Of a DNA stretch of 64,000 nucleotides, positions 54,813 to 64,000 are shown piece after piece. Source of the stretch: Schizochytrium sp. TIO01 (taxonomy: Eukaryota > Protista > Bigyra: Labyrinthulomycetes); assembly GCA_004764695.1 (NCBI GenBank), contig SMSO01000007.1, positions 1,557,270 to 1,621,269 of the forward strand, in the 5' to 3' direction. The notes below the pieces were generated by a model. The model ran no database searches and had not been told where the DNA came from. It saw only the letters and a list, made by a program, of their open reading frames with translations. Position 1 is the first letter of the stretch. The number at the start of each line of letters is the position of its first letter. Made by a program: the position numbers and the translations under genes.

Positions 54813-55616
54813 TCCAAGTTTTCTCGCGCTTCGGACAGAGAAGCTTCCAAGTTGTGCGCAACCCAAAGCACATTACATTTCACCTTTGGAGAAAGTCCTT
54901 TCCTCATCTCTCGTACCATTTGGCATCTCCTGGGACCGCGGTGGACTTGGACGGACACGCTGAGGTGGCGATGATGAAGACCTTCTGTGCTCGGGCCTGC
55001 ACGACGAGGTTGGCCGTCTGCTGTCTGGCTAGCTAGTTCTTAAAGACACCTGCGCAAGGTGCCGCGGAATTTGTTCGGCTAAGCAAACGAGCAAGTAGTC
55101 GATTGGCAAGGAAGGCCCTTGCACACCCACAGATTTCATTCAACTCAAGGTACGAAGGGGTCGCGAAGTTGCGAGTGTTTGTTGCATCAGAATGCGCAGC
55201 ACTCGCTCGAAATGGCAAAAGCCATCAGGCGGGTACACATGCAATTCATGACGGCACTAAGCGTGACTAAGAGTCCGCCTACGACCTGTAAGTAATACGA
55301 ACCGTCACACATAGAAGAAGAGCGAAAGCTCATCAGGACAAGATAGCTGAGGTGGCAAAGCCAGAACCTGGAGACAAAACCGCATTGGCAAAACATCCAC
55401 TCGTATCATCCCTGAGAAGCCTTGCAGGTCCTCGGTAGCGCAGTTGGTCTGACGGAGGCACAGTCAAACGCACGAACAACTGAGCGGTCAGAACAACCGA
55501 CAGGATCTACAGAGCTTTTTTGTGAGCTCTAAGACTCTCTTCTTGCGTCAACACCTTTGTGAATACACTCATATCCTTGCCGGCACTGACACTTCGCACT
55601 AGCGCTAAAATCAAGA

Positions 55617-56708
55617 ATGCTTGCGAAAGCGGTTTCCTCGAAGGGTTTCGGCGTGGTCTGCTCGACGTCGAGGCGGGCTCTATCATCGTCTGCGGGCTCC
55701 TTGCTCCCAGTGGTAAGTTTGGGCGGCAGCAACGAAGAAGCTGCTGCACAACTTCGCTCTGCTGCAGGTAAATTCGGCTTCTTCTACGTCGCTAACCACG
55801 GGGTCTCAGCAGAAACGCAAGCAAAGGCTTGGAGTGAGCTCAAAGGCCTTTTCGCGGATGAAGAACGCAAGAACCGCATCAGCGAGGAGTTCACAAAGAG
55901 CTTTCGTGGCTACGTAGGATTCTTTAAACAAGGTAACTACGCCATCGACGAGACTGATCTTCGCAAGGACTCACCCAATGCTCAGCCCGAGGAAGAAAAA
56001 GAAGATGCGATGGACAACAAGGAGGTCTTTCATTTTGGCACAGAGATTCCTGCAACGCACAAGTTCTACAATGACCTGCTGTACTGTGAGAACGTGTGGC
56101 CTGAGGATAAGAAGGGTGCCTTCAAAGAGGCACTTAGCACGTACTACTCCCAGGTAGAGGGTGTCTCAAACCGACTGCTGCAAATTAGTGCTTTAGCACT
56201 AGAACTTGAGGAAGACTTTTTCCTCAAACAGGCATCAAAGACCCCCATGAGTTCGATGAACTGCTTGCACTATCCCCCCTTGGAGCAACGAGGCTCGCAG
56301 CTGGGAATCGGGGCCCACACGGACTTTGAGTGCCTCACTGTACTCAATATGACTGGCACGAGTGATCCGTGCCTCGAAATTCTTAGCCCTATCGACAACA
56401 AGTGGATTCCTGTTGCGCCTCGCGAAGGATGTTTTGTTGTGAATATTGGTGATATGCTTGCTCGCTGGAGCGGAGACACGTTCCGTTCAACGGTTCACAG
56501 AGCATTCAACCACCCCAAGGACCACCGCTACTCTATGGCGTTTTTCAGAGGTCCCGACTTCGACGCTATGCTCGAACCCCAGGTCGGTAACAAGGCTAAG
56601 TACACTCCGGCAGTTCGCGCCGGTGAGCATATGCTGGCTAGAATCTCCCAGGCGAATCCGTCAGCATCAGTGTACACAAAGCTCCCCAACATTGATAAAG
56701 AGCCTTAA
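55617..56708 (+). CDS. 2-oxoglutarate/Fe(II)-dependent oxygenase (IPNS/DIOX_N type)
   Basis: FGFFYVANHGV, the HTD...H iron triad (AHTDFE, STVHR) and the RYS 2OG-binding motif. The N-terminus is presequence-like. Confidence 0.93.
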   Translation: MLAKAVSSKGFGVVCSTSRRALSSSAGSLLPVVSLGGSNEEAAAQLRSAAGKFGFFYVANHGVSAETQAKAWSELKGLFADEERKNRISEEFTKSFRGYVGFFKQGNYAIDETDLRKDSPNAQPEEEKEDAMDNKEVFHFGTEIPATHKFYNDLLYCENVWPEDKKGAFKEALSTYYSQVEGVSNRLLQISALALELEEDFFLKQASKTPMSSMNCLHYPPLEQRGSQLGIGAHTDFECLTVLNMTGTSDPCLEILSPIDNKWIPVAPREGCFVVNIGDMLARWSGDTFRSTVHRAFNHPKDHRYSMAFFRGPDFDAMLEPQVGNKAKYTPAVRAGEHMLARISQANPSASVYTKLPNIDKEP

Positions 56709-57241
56709 TTTCATTTATACGTGGCAACAGCTTTCGCAAGTTAGACTCTTGCCTTGATAAAGAAAACTCTTACCATGTCCCACTGCATTAAAACGTCAAT
56801 CAATTCACCTCTTCGAACAAATATACAACTCTGTGGATCTTATTAAAAGCACAGCAACAACAATGCATGATTGAACTAGTCTGAAAACTCAAGTCGACAT
56901 AAGAAAACTGAGAAAGTCGCATGTGGATCAATCAAGAGAACTCTGTAAAACGGTAAAAGGATAACTTAAAAGGAAATCAGAGCCTGGAATTGTTCTTGCG
57001 ACTGCATTCACTACTCCATGCAACTGCTCCAAAAAGAAGGAGGGCAAGTCAAGGTGCTGTCCACAATACATCGTATATCATAAAACCTGGACAAAATAAC
57101 TTCAAACAGAATTAAATTTAATTACTTTTCACTTTTCTCAATGGAACAAATTGTTACATATGAGTCTTGATATCCGACATGATAAGGAGAATAGTTTCCA
57201 CCAGCTGTGCTAAATATTGGTCATTGTAAAGCATCAAGATA

Positions 57242-60200
57242 TTAAGCATTGTCATTGCTGTCTCCTAACATAAAAGACCCGCTCAGATCTGAGCTGGCAT
57301 CCTCATCGTCGAAATTGTTTTCCCCATCTGATCCACTCACAAAGCTTCCACCATCGCTAAGCATTTCTTGATCACTGTCTTCATCTTCTCCTTTGACATT
57401 CTTTGCTTTTTTAAGTTTTGCTGATGCTCCTTCCTTCTTCTTCTTTCTTGAAGTAACCCTTTTGTTTGGTTTTGACCCAGTACTGTCTCCCTCGTCATCA
57501 CTCATGGAAGATAGACTGTCACCAACAGAATCCTCGCTCAAAGAAGAGAGTTGGAGTTCCCCGTCGTCTTCTCCGTTCAACGGTTCACGTTGGTTCTTCC
57601 ATCGAAGACGGAGGGCCGACATTGCAACCTGCGCGGTCTGCTGAGAAGAACTCTTGCGAAAATCAATCTCGGGCTTGGGACTTGCAGGCTCTTTCTCGGC
57701 TTGTAATGTTGACAACAGCACAAAACGGTTGATGCCCTTTCCTTTGGCCGAAGATGTCACCGATGCAGCGTCATCGTCCCCATCGCCATCTGCTTCATTT
57801 TCTTCATCAAAATATTCCTGTGAACGAGACCTAGACCTTGATTGTGACATTGAGTGAGACGTTCCTAGTGATTTCAGGGATTTAATTGACTTGGAGGATT
57901 TCGAAATTGAACGATTTAACATATTTGAAAGCCCACTATGCTTTGATTCAACATCAACTTCCTCCCCATCCGAGTCAACAACCGGCATTTCAAAGTCATG
58001 CGAATCTGAGACGCCATCAGAGTCATCTGAACTCCAGCCAAAAGCATGGTCGTGCACCTCACGAATGTGATAGATCAATTCCTTTCGCGCTTCAACGCCT
58101 TCCATAGCCACACGAAGGTTTTCAGCCTGTATTGCAGCGACATCGGGATCCAATTGATATCGTTTATTGTTTGTTGCAGCTTCTTCTTCAATATCTGCAA
58201 TATCGCGTTCAATAGCATCCAGGTACTGCGTCCACTTTAGATAAACTTCGCCATTATTTCCATCCCAAGGTCGTCGCAAGCTTCTCTTGCGAGCCATCAT
58301 TCGACCTTGGAAAATGATGTATCTTCGCCGACGGGAAAGGACTTTCTTCATTAGATCCGATTTGGCGCGCTCTTCTTGTTGCTTTGGCTTTTCCTTAACT
58401 TGACCTTTTAGGGACTTGAAGTGCTGTTTTGCATCTTCCACCTGCTTGGTTGCATCGTCCAAAGCCTTTTGAGCTTCAGCGACTGTATTCTCAGCTTCTT
58501 CAGAGGTTTTAAAGCCGTGCTCATGGTATGGAGCTCCTTTTTCAAAGTACTTCATGCGCGATTTAACGTCGATATTGTCTCGTTTTGCCTCTTGAACCCC
58601 TTGTAGAGCATATTGTACATCCACTTCTGCGTTTGCAATACGCCGCTTCATGTTCTGGACCCGTCGCTTTAACTCCTTCTTCAGCCGGGCCTTGAAGTCA
58701 TCAGACTGAAACCATGTTTCTAAACCCTCACGGGCCAATTCAAGTTCCCTTGTGAGTAATGATCGTTCGTATTGTAGTCTTTGCGCTTCTTCATTTGTGT
58801 AAATCAGCTTTGGAATTACAGCCGCCATGAATGGTCTTTTGACAACTTTGTAGTCATCATGATATATATCGTCTTGCGTATCTTCACCTCCACCTTTGGA
58901 AAATGAACGAGTTGCGTCTCGTGAAACTTTCGACATTCGAAGCGGCAATAGCGAGCTTGCTTCATGAGAGTAGTCTCGATAAGGCTTGAAACGAACAGGG
59001 GCAGCTGAAGTGGTTACCTCACCATGACAAGGATCTGAAAAGCTGTTCAATGCGTCCTCGAGAACAGGTCGGTGCAAAAGAAACTTTTCACCTTGAAACT
59101 GGATTTCACGAAAATAAACCAAACCCCCTCGGTCTGCTTCTGTTCGCTCTTCAAGCTTCTCAACTATAGCCCGCTGCTCCGGGTTTGTCTGATCACTAAA
59201 TAGTGCCTCAAGTCGAATGGCATAGCAATCTAGCAATGTTTTATTCCGCCCCCACCGGCGCTTTATATTTGGATTAAAGTAATGACGTGTGCATATTTCT
59301 GGATCTGCCTCCAGTAACTCCATAACGATGAGAAATTGTCGCAAAACAGCATCAAGAAACAAATGCCGCTGATGGGCTCGCTGTTTGAAGGCATCTTGTA
59401 CAATTTTGCGGCCAGATAAACCAGGATGGTCGAAAATGGGGCCATTTAAATAACGATCAAGCTGCCGATCAATCTCAGCGAGCATCTCCGATGTAAGAAA
59501 TCCAGTATTGCTATTGAGTGCTTCTTTCACATTTGGACGTAGATTTGCTGCAACGACCCCAAAGTTTGCTTCTTCAAGCTGTAGAACAATTTTTTTCAGA
59601 CGAGAAGAACGAATCTTACAGTATTGTAGAACGGACTTGACACCTTCCCGAAGAGCAAAGTCTTCAGGAGGCGAAATCATTTGGTTCAAATCTAGTCGAA
59701 GATCTTCAAGCGCCTCGAAGTAATGAAAATCGTCGCACAGCTCAGGAATTTGATTTGCCGTCAACCACAAACTCTTTAAAGAATTTGTTAATGGACCATG
59801 TGCAAGGGCATTTTGGAAAAACGTCAATTTGTTGCTTGCTAAATGCAAAGTTTGGAGCGTCTCTAGCCCACTTAAGCTATTAGGGAGGGCGTTGATTTTG
59901 TTTAAATTAAGCTGGAGTACACGGAGAGACTTTAGCTTAAGAATTTGTGGGGGGAAAGTCTCCAAGCGGTTGTTGTTTAGTAGCAAAACTTCAAGCATTT
60001 GCAACGACGCCAAACCCTCAGGTAAATCGGAAAGATGGTTCACATTTGCCTCTAAGATTTTCAAAGACTTGAGACCAGCAAAAGTTTCCGGTAATTTCAC
60101 GATTTTATTTCCTTGAATAACAAGTTTTTGAAGCTTTGAAAGTTCGCCGATAGGTTCTGGAATAAACGTCAAGGCGTTATCCGCCAAAATCAACTCCTTA

Positions 60201-62566
60201 AGCTCACGCAATCCTCCAACACGTTCACTAATGGCTGTAAGACTGTTGCTTCGTGCATCCAATACACGAAGATTTTTTAAAACCCCGATGTCTTCAGAAA
60301 GCTCAGGGAGCTCATTTCCAACTAAACGTAACTCAATAAGACAATTAGAAAGGCGATAAACAAGTTGCGGGACCTCCTTAAGCCCTTTCCAATGGAGGGT
60401 CAAGCATCCCGTAGCTTTAGCAGCAAGAATGTGCTCCTTTTCTTCTTTGGAGTATCGAAAATTGGAGTCTTGCAGTTCTTGAGATATGCCAAAATACATC
60501 TTGTGTGGTCTTGGTGGTTGTCCAAAGGTTTCGAGCCTGTTTTGTTCCTCAAAATGCCACATTAGAGCTGGAAATTGATGTGGACGCCCCTCCGGAGGTC
60601 GTCCGGCCACTGTCTTTCCACCCTGCTGAAACATTGGCTTCGGTAAAACTTCCTGTCGATGAACACGTCCTTCAGCCAAACTTCGTTTTGCAATTGTGGC
60701 AATCGACTCTTTATCCAAGCCAAATGCTGCTTTTTCGTCATCAAGGACTGAATTTTCACCCAGTTGAATATCTTGTAAGGATCGCAGTGCTCTCAATGAA
60801 GATGGCAAACTTCCAGGTATAAGGGAGTTATCCATTAGCCAGAGCTTTTCCAGCTGCACGAGAGATCCTAACTCCGCAGGTACTTGCGTTATAACATTAC
60901 GCTGCAGCAATAGTACAGTCAGATTAACAAGCTTAGATATGTCTCCAGGAATTGAGCCTATAGAATTGTCACTCATGTCAAGATAAGTGAGTTCAGACAG
61001 AGCCATGATACACGGGGCTATCTCGGTGAGCTTATTCGTACTCAAATCGAGGTAACTTAGTTGATGCAAATTTCCCACACTAGGGGGGATTTCAGTAAGC
61101 TTGTTACGGCTGAGAACAAGTCTCTTAAGTAACCGAAGACGCCCAAAATGATCTAAATCATTAGGCATTGAAACTTGGCTTACACGATAAAGGTTGTTCA
61201 TGAATACCTGATGCCCGGAATCAAGATCAAGCTCGCAGCTCCAAAGCCCTTTGTCCTGCCGGGCGAGTACTGCCTTGCGGCGAAGCATGACTTTCTGTTT
61301 TCTTAAGTTCTCGTTTCCCTTCTTTTTTGCTGCTGAGTCTGAACCAGGAATTTGATCTAATTGAAGCGCAGGTACCTGCGACAGATCTTGTTCAACACGA
61401 TCTTCATACGGATCAGTGGTTTCCGGAACGGCAGCTAAAGAGCCCCTTGTCTCGTCATACTGAGGGTCTCCAGGTACTAGCTCGGACCATGGGTCGCCAC
61501 GCTCAATTGGCTTTGGGGGTCTTTGCAGTACCTCCTTTGTATTTCGGTTGTAATATACTGTTGCGCCATTAGGGAGTGATCGAATTTCCCAAATCATATC
61601 GAAATCTTCCGCGTCATAGCTATCATCTCGAATTTGCAAAAGTTCAATAAAAGCCAATGCACGGAGCTCGTTACGTCCTACTTCGAGAGTTGTTAATGAG
61701 CAAAGCTCTTTGAATGACCAAGGGAAGAGCTCTATATGGTTCTGTCCTAAGAGAAGTGTTTCAAGCTTGCGAAGCTTACCAATACCTTTTGGAAGGCATG
61801 CTAGATGGTTTCCTCGAACATCTAGAACTCGAAGATGACTTAGCTTGCAAATCGATGCTGGAAGACTAGTTAATGTGTTTTGCTTGCAAACAATTGTCTC
61901 GAGTGTCTTAAAATCACCTAGGTTCGGAGGAAGCTCCTCCAGTAAATTGTTGGAGACATTGAGTTCTTTTAAATGACGAAAACTATATCGGCTCCAGGTA
62001 GGTAACTTGCGAAAGCGATTCCCCATCAGAAGAATAGTTTTAACATCATTCAACTGGACAGTTAATGTGCTTTCAAGTTCTCGAGGCACTTCTTCAAAAT
62101 GCTTCCATTGAAGAGAAATCACTTTTGAAGATAAAGCTGCACGTAGCGCTGATTTCACAATCTCTGATTGATCTAAGTAGTCGCGCTGCTCTGGGTCCTT
62201 TGCTGAAGGCAGTTTGTCCAGTAAGAATTTTTTCCGTAATGGATTTGGATTAGGCTGCATTTTCTCAATAATATTTTGTACTCGAAAAGGGCCATCTGTA
62301 GCAACCCGGCGTTCATATCGTCTCTGTTCAAGACGCTTCCAATCTCTTCTTTGAACTCCATCTGCAGTTTGCACACGTCGTTCTTCAAGTGCATGGGCTT
62401 GGGCACCCATGGCTTTCCTGGCTAGAGCATGAGACCCAAGGCGTCGATACGCTTCACCATAGGTTTCAAACTCGCCAATATTGGCTTCACCTCCTCCAGG
62501 GAATAAGAAGTCATCTTGGTCATCCTGATTAGGTTTGCGGGCCTCGTAGCTGACCGTGGAGTCCAT
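57242..62566 (-). CDS. Large leucine-rich-repeat protein with WW-like inserts, coiled coil and acidic/Ser-rich tail
   Basis: Three blocks of LxxLxLxxNxL repeats and a WW-like segment WEIRSLPNGATVYYNRNTKEVLQRPP. First ATG at 62566. Confidence 0.9.
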   Translation of the reverse strand: MDSTVSYEARKPNQDDQDDFLFPGGGEANIGEFETYGEAYRRLGSHALARKAMGAQAHALEERRVQTADGVQRRDWKRLEQRRYERRVATDGPFRVQNIIEKMQPNPNPLRKKFLLDKLPSAKDPEQRDYLDQSEIVKSALRAALSSKVISLQWKHFEEVPRELESTLTVQLNDVKTILLMGNRFRKLPTWSRYSFRHLKELNVSNNLLEELPPNLGDFKTLETIVCKQNTLTSLPASICKLSHLRVLDVRGNHLACLPKGIGKLRKLETLLLGQNHIELFPWSFKELCSLTTLEVGRNELRALAFIELLQIRDDSYDAEDFDMIWEIRSLPNGATVYYNRNTKEVLQRPPKPIERGDPWSELVPGDPQYDETRGSLAAVPETTDPYEDRVEQDLSQVPALQLDQIPGSDSAAKKKGNENLRKQKVMLRRKAVLARQDKGLWSCELDLDSGHQVFMNNLYRVSQVSMPNDLDHFGRLRLLKRLVLSRNKLTEIPPSVGNLHQLSYLDLSTNKLTEIAPCIMALSELTYLDMSDNSIGSIPGDISKLVNLTVLLLQRNVITQVPAELGSLVQLEKLWLMDNSLIPGSLPSSLRALRSLQDIQLGENSVLDDEKAAFGLDKESIATIAKRSLAEGRVHRQEVLPKPMFQQGGKTVAGRPPEGRPHQFPALMWHFEEQNRLETFGQPPRPHKMYFGISQELQDSNFRYSKEEKEHILAAKATGCLTLHWKGLKEVPQLVYRLSNCLIELRLVGNELPELSEDIGVLKNLRVLDARSNSLTAISERVGGLRELKELILADNALTFIPEPIGELSKLQKLVIQGNKIVKLPETFAGLKSLKILEANVNHLSDLPEGLASLQMLEVLLLNNNRLETFPPQILKLKSLRVLQLNLNKINALPNSLSGLETLQTLHLASNKLTFFQNALAHGPLTNSLKSLWLTANQIPELCDDFHYFEALEDLRLDLNQMISPPEDFALREGVKSVLQYCKIRSSRLKKIVLQLEEANFGVVAANLRPNVKEALNSNTGFLTSEMLAEIDRQLDRYLNGPIFDHPGLSGRKIVQDAFKQRAHQRHLFLDAVLRQFLIVMELLEADPEICTRHYFNPNIKRRWGRNKTLLDCYAIRLEALFSDQTNPEQRAIVEKLEERTEADRGGLVYFREIQFQGEKFLLHRPVLEDALNSFSDPCHGEVTTSAAPVRFKPYRDYSHEASSLLPLRMSKVSRDATRSFSKGGGEDTQDDIYHDDYKVVKRPFMAAVIPKLIYTNEEAQRLQYERSLLTRELELAREGLETWFQSDDFKARLKKELKRRVQNMKRRIANAEVDVQYALQGVQEAKRDNIDVKSRMKYFEKGAPYHEHGFKTSEEAENTVAEAQKALDDATKQVEDAKQHFKSLKGQVKEKPKQQEERAKSDLMKKVLSRRRRYIIFQGRMMARKRSLRRPWDGNNGEVYLKWTQYLDAIERDIADIEEEAATNNKRYQLDPDVAAIQAENLRVAMEGVEARKELIYHIREVHDHAFGWSSDDSDGVSDSHDFEMPVVDSDGEEVDVESKHSGLSNMLNRSISKSSKSIKSLKSLGTSHSMSQSRSRSRSQEYFDEENEADGDGDDDAASVTSSAKGKGINRFVLLSTLQAEKEPASPKPEIDFRKSSSQQTAQVAMSALRLRWKNQREPLNGEDDGELQLSSLSEDSVGDSLSSMSDDEGDSTGSKPNKRVTSRKKKKEGASAKLKKAKNVKGEDEDSDQEMLSDGGSFVSGSDGENNFDDEDASSDLSGSFMLGDSNDNA

Positions 62567-64000
62567 CCCCACGTGCACGCTCCGTACCCGCTTGCACGTC
62601 CTCGCTTTTAGTTCTATGCAATATTACTGTCTGATTTCAATGATCGCATGTGAGCAGCTTTAATGAAAAGGTACTCTGGGCTTTGCATGGGGATCCCTTT
62701 AATTGCTGCCTTCTCTCCTTCAAAGATAGCTAGCTTACGAACTATGTGCTCATTTATAAAGACGGGTTCTAGGTTGTACTGTAGACTTTACCCCCTTAGT
62801 GTCATTTTGAAAGGAAAGCTTAGACATATCCGTTGAACATATTTGCCTTGATCGTTTCATATAGTGTCATAGAGTCATATAGCCTCTTATAGTCTTAGCT
62901 CAGTATGAGTATATTAAGGAGGATGGGGTGAATCTATTGATGGCTAGTTATGAGCACCCAGTGAAAGAGCGCACCAATTTTATGGGTTTATAGGTTGCGT
63001 AGCCCCATATTTTTACCTGCAAGTTATCGATGCAATAAAATAAGTGGTGAATGGAAAGGTGAAAACCTCTAGAAATATATGCTCCGGTGTTTTAACGTAG
63101 TCTTTGATGCCAAGTCATTCTTTGGGTAAGCTTAGAATCACTCCTACATAGTTTAAAGAGTGTCCAATAACACAGGAGTACTAAACAGGAGGAAGCGGGG
63201 CCTCAAATGTCGTTAAATAAAAAACAGAAGTGATATTTGAAGGCTGGTCGGTCGGTAAACGTCAAACTTCGTAGGCTGAGAAATCGGAGTAGATTAAATA
63301 TCTTACTACTTGTGCAATATAAGGAAAGCTGAGAATTAAATAAGTATGAGGATGAGTATACCCCCACTCAATACACATTGACGCGCACGCAGAAAACTGA
63401 CTTCTAAACTTACATCGATAGGATTAAATTTGAGACCTGGGCAGCGATATGAGACCAACAATTATTGCACCATTCTACATTCTGCATACTGATGATTTAT
63501 TCTCATTCTAAGCTAATCGTCACACCGCAAAGCCCAACATCGTTGTTGTTTTTCTTTCAAATATGGAGTCTCACTTCAACTCTACATACTCATTTTTTAT
63601 ATCTGCCTGAAGTCCTCTTCTCCTTCGCAGCTTCATTTAGAAGATATTCTTCTATCGATGGATGCTGCGGCTCTTGGAGTGGTGCTTCGCGCGTGGCATC
63701 ACATACATACTCTCAAAAATTGACCGACTTAAGTATGAAGTTCATCGTACCTCTGGCGGCTGAACAAAGAAACTAGTGATGCTCGGGCAAATACTACTAC
63801 CTGGTTTGTGCTATTTTCTCAAGACCAGCGAGATATTGGTTTGCCTTCGTACTTTCTAGATGGGTTTTCAGAAACAACTAGGTATGCGCGCATAAAAGTT
63901 TGCATTGTACATGCACTTGAATCATGTGCATATCGTTCGGCCACTGAAAACTTCTTTATTTTTTTTTTTTCCCCCTTTTGTTTTCATTCCAAGTCGAAGG

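Larger units (their letters stand above)
53300..55035 (-). pseudogene. Probable decayed coding or mobile-element relic interrupted by tandem repeats
   Basis: GC-rich, with protein-like minus-strand fragments in shifting frames (PDPEVFKSLENGIVGAWNRED; ELLRDASETVAVDFVMALHAAQREVFCTPLEDDELLVHWFREAPF; ELHVLLRGYRCDCDDDRDIVLLRGLF). No family recognised. Confidence 0.35.

Noticed and set aside
62600-64000. Short ORF 63465-63776 and terminal region
   Set aside because: Non-ATG start, AT-rich and no motifs. Treated as intergenic.

Overview
Gene-dense, intron-poor eukaryotic nuclear DNA. The style fits a flagellated stramenopile such as a thraustochytrid/labyrinthulomycete, but that is inference. About 20 protein-coding genes are supportable. 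They include a multi-pass membrane protein, a COPI-associated/EF-hand protein, a MacroD protein, a CAMK-group kinase, a CaaX-tailed protein, an atypical Rab-like GTPase and WDR61/SKI8 (3 exons). Also present are an NSUN2/Trm4-like methyltransferase (2 exons), TSNAXIP1-like, epsilon-tubulin (2 exons), a KDEL PDI, CFAP44 and a membrane-anchored N-formylglutamate-amidohydrolase-like protein. The rest are an RCC1/coiled-coil protein, TBCC, a degenerate kinesin, a LYRM5-like protein, a 2OG-Fe(II) oxygenase and a large LRR/WW protein. The best non-obvious signal is a box H/ACA snoRNA inside the NSUN2-like intron, whose 5' pocket matches the conserved 18S rRNA site GAGGAAU-U-C-CUAGUA. Other highlights are two apparent pseudo-NTPases within a run of cilium/microtubule genes, a 1-nt frameshift in an (AAC)n tract, and a TpA-depleted, repeat-invaded decayed region at about 53-55 kb. 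No tRNA, rRNA, CRISPR array or intact transposon was seen.
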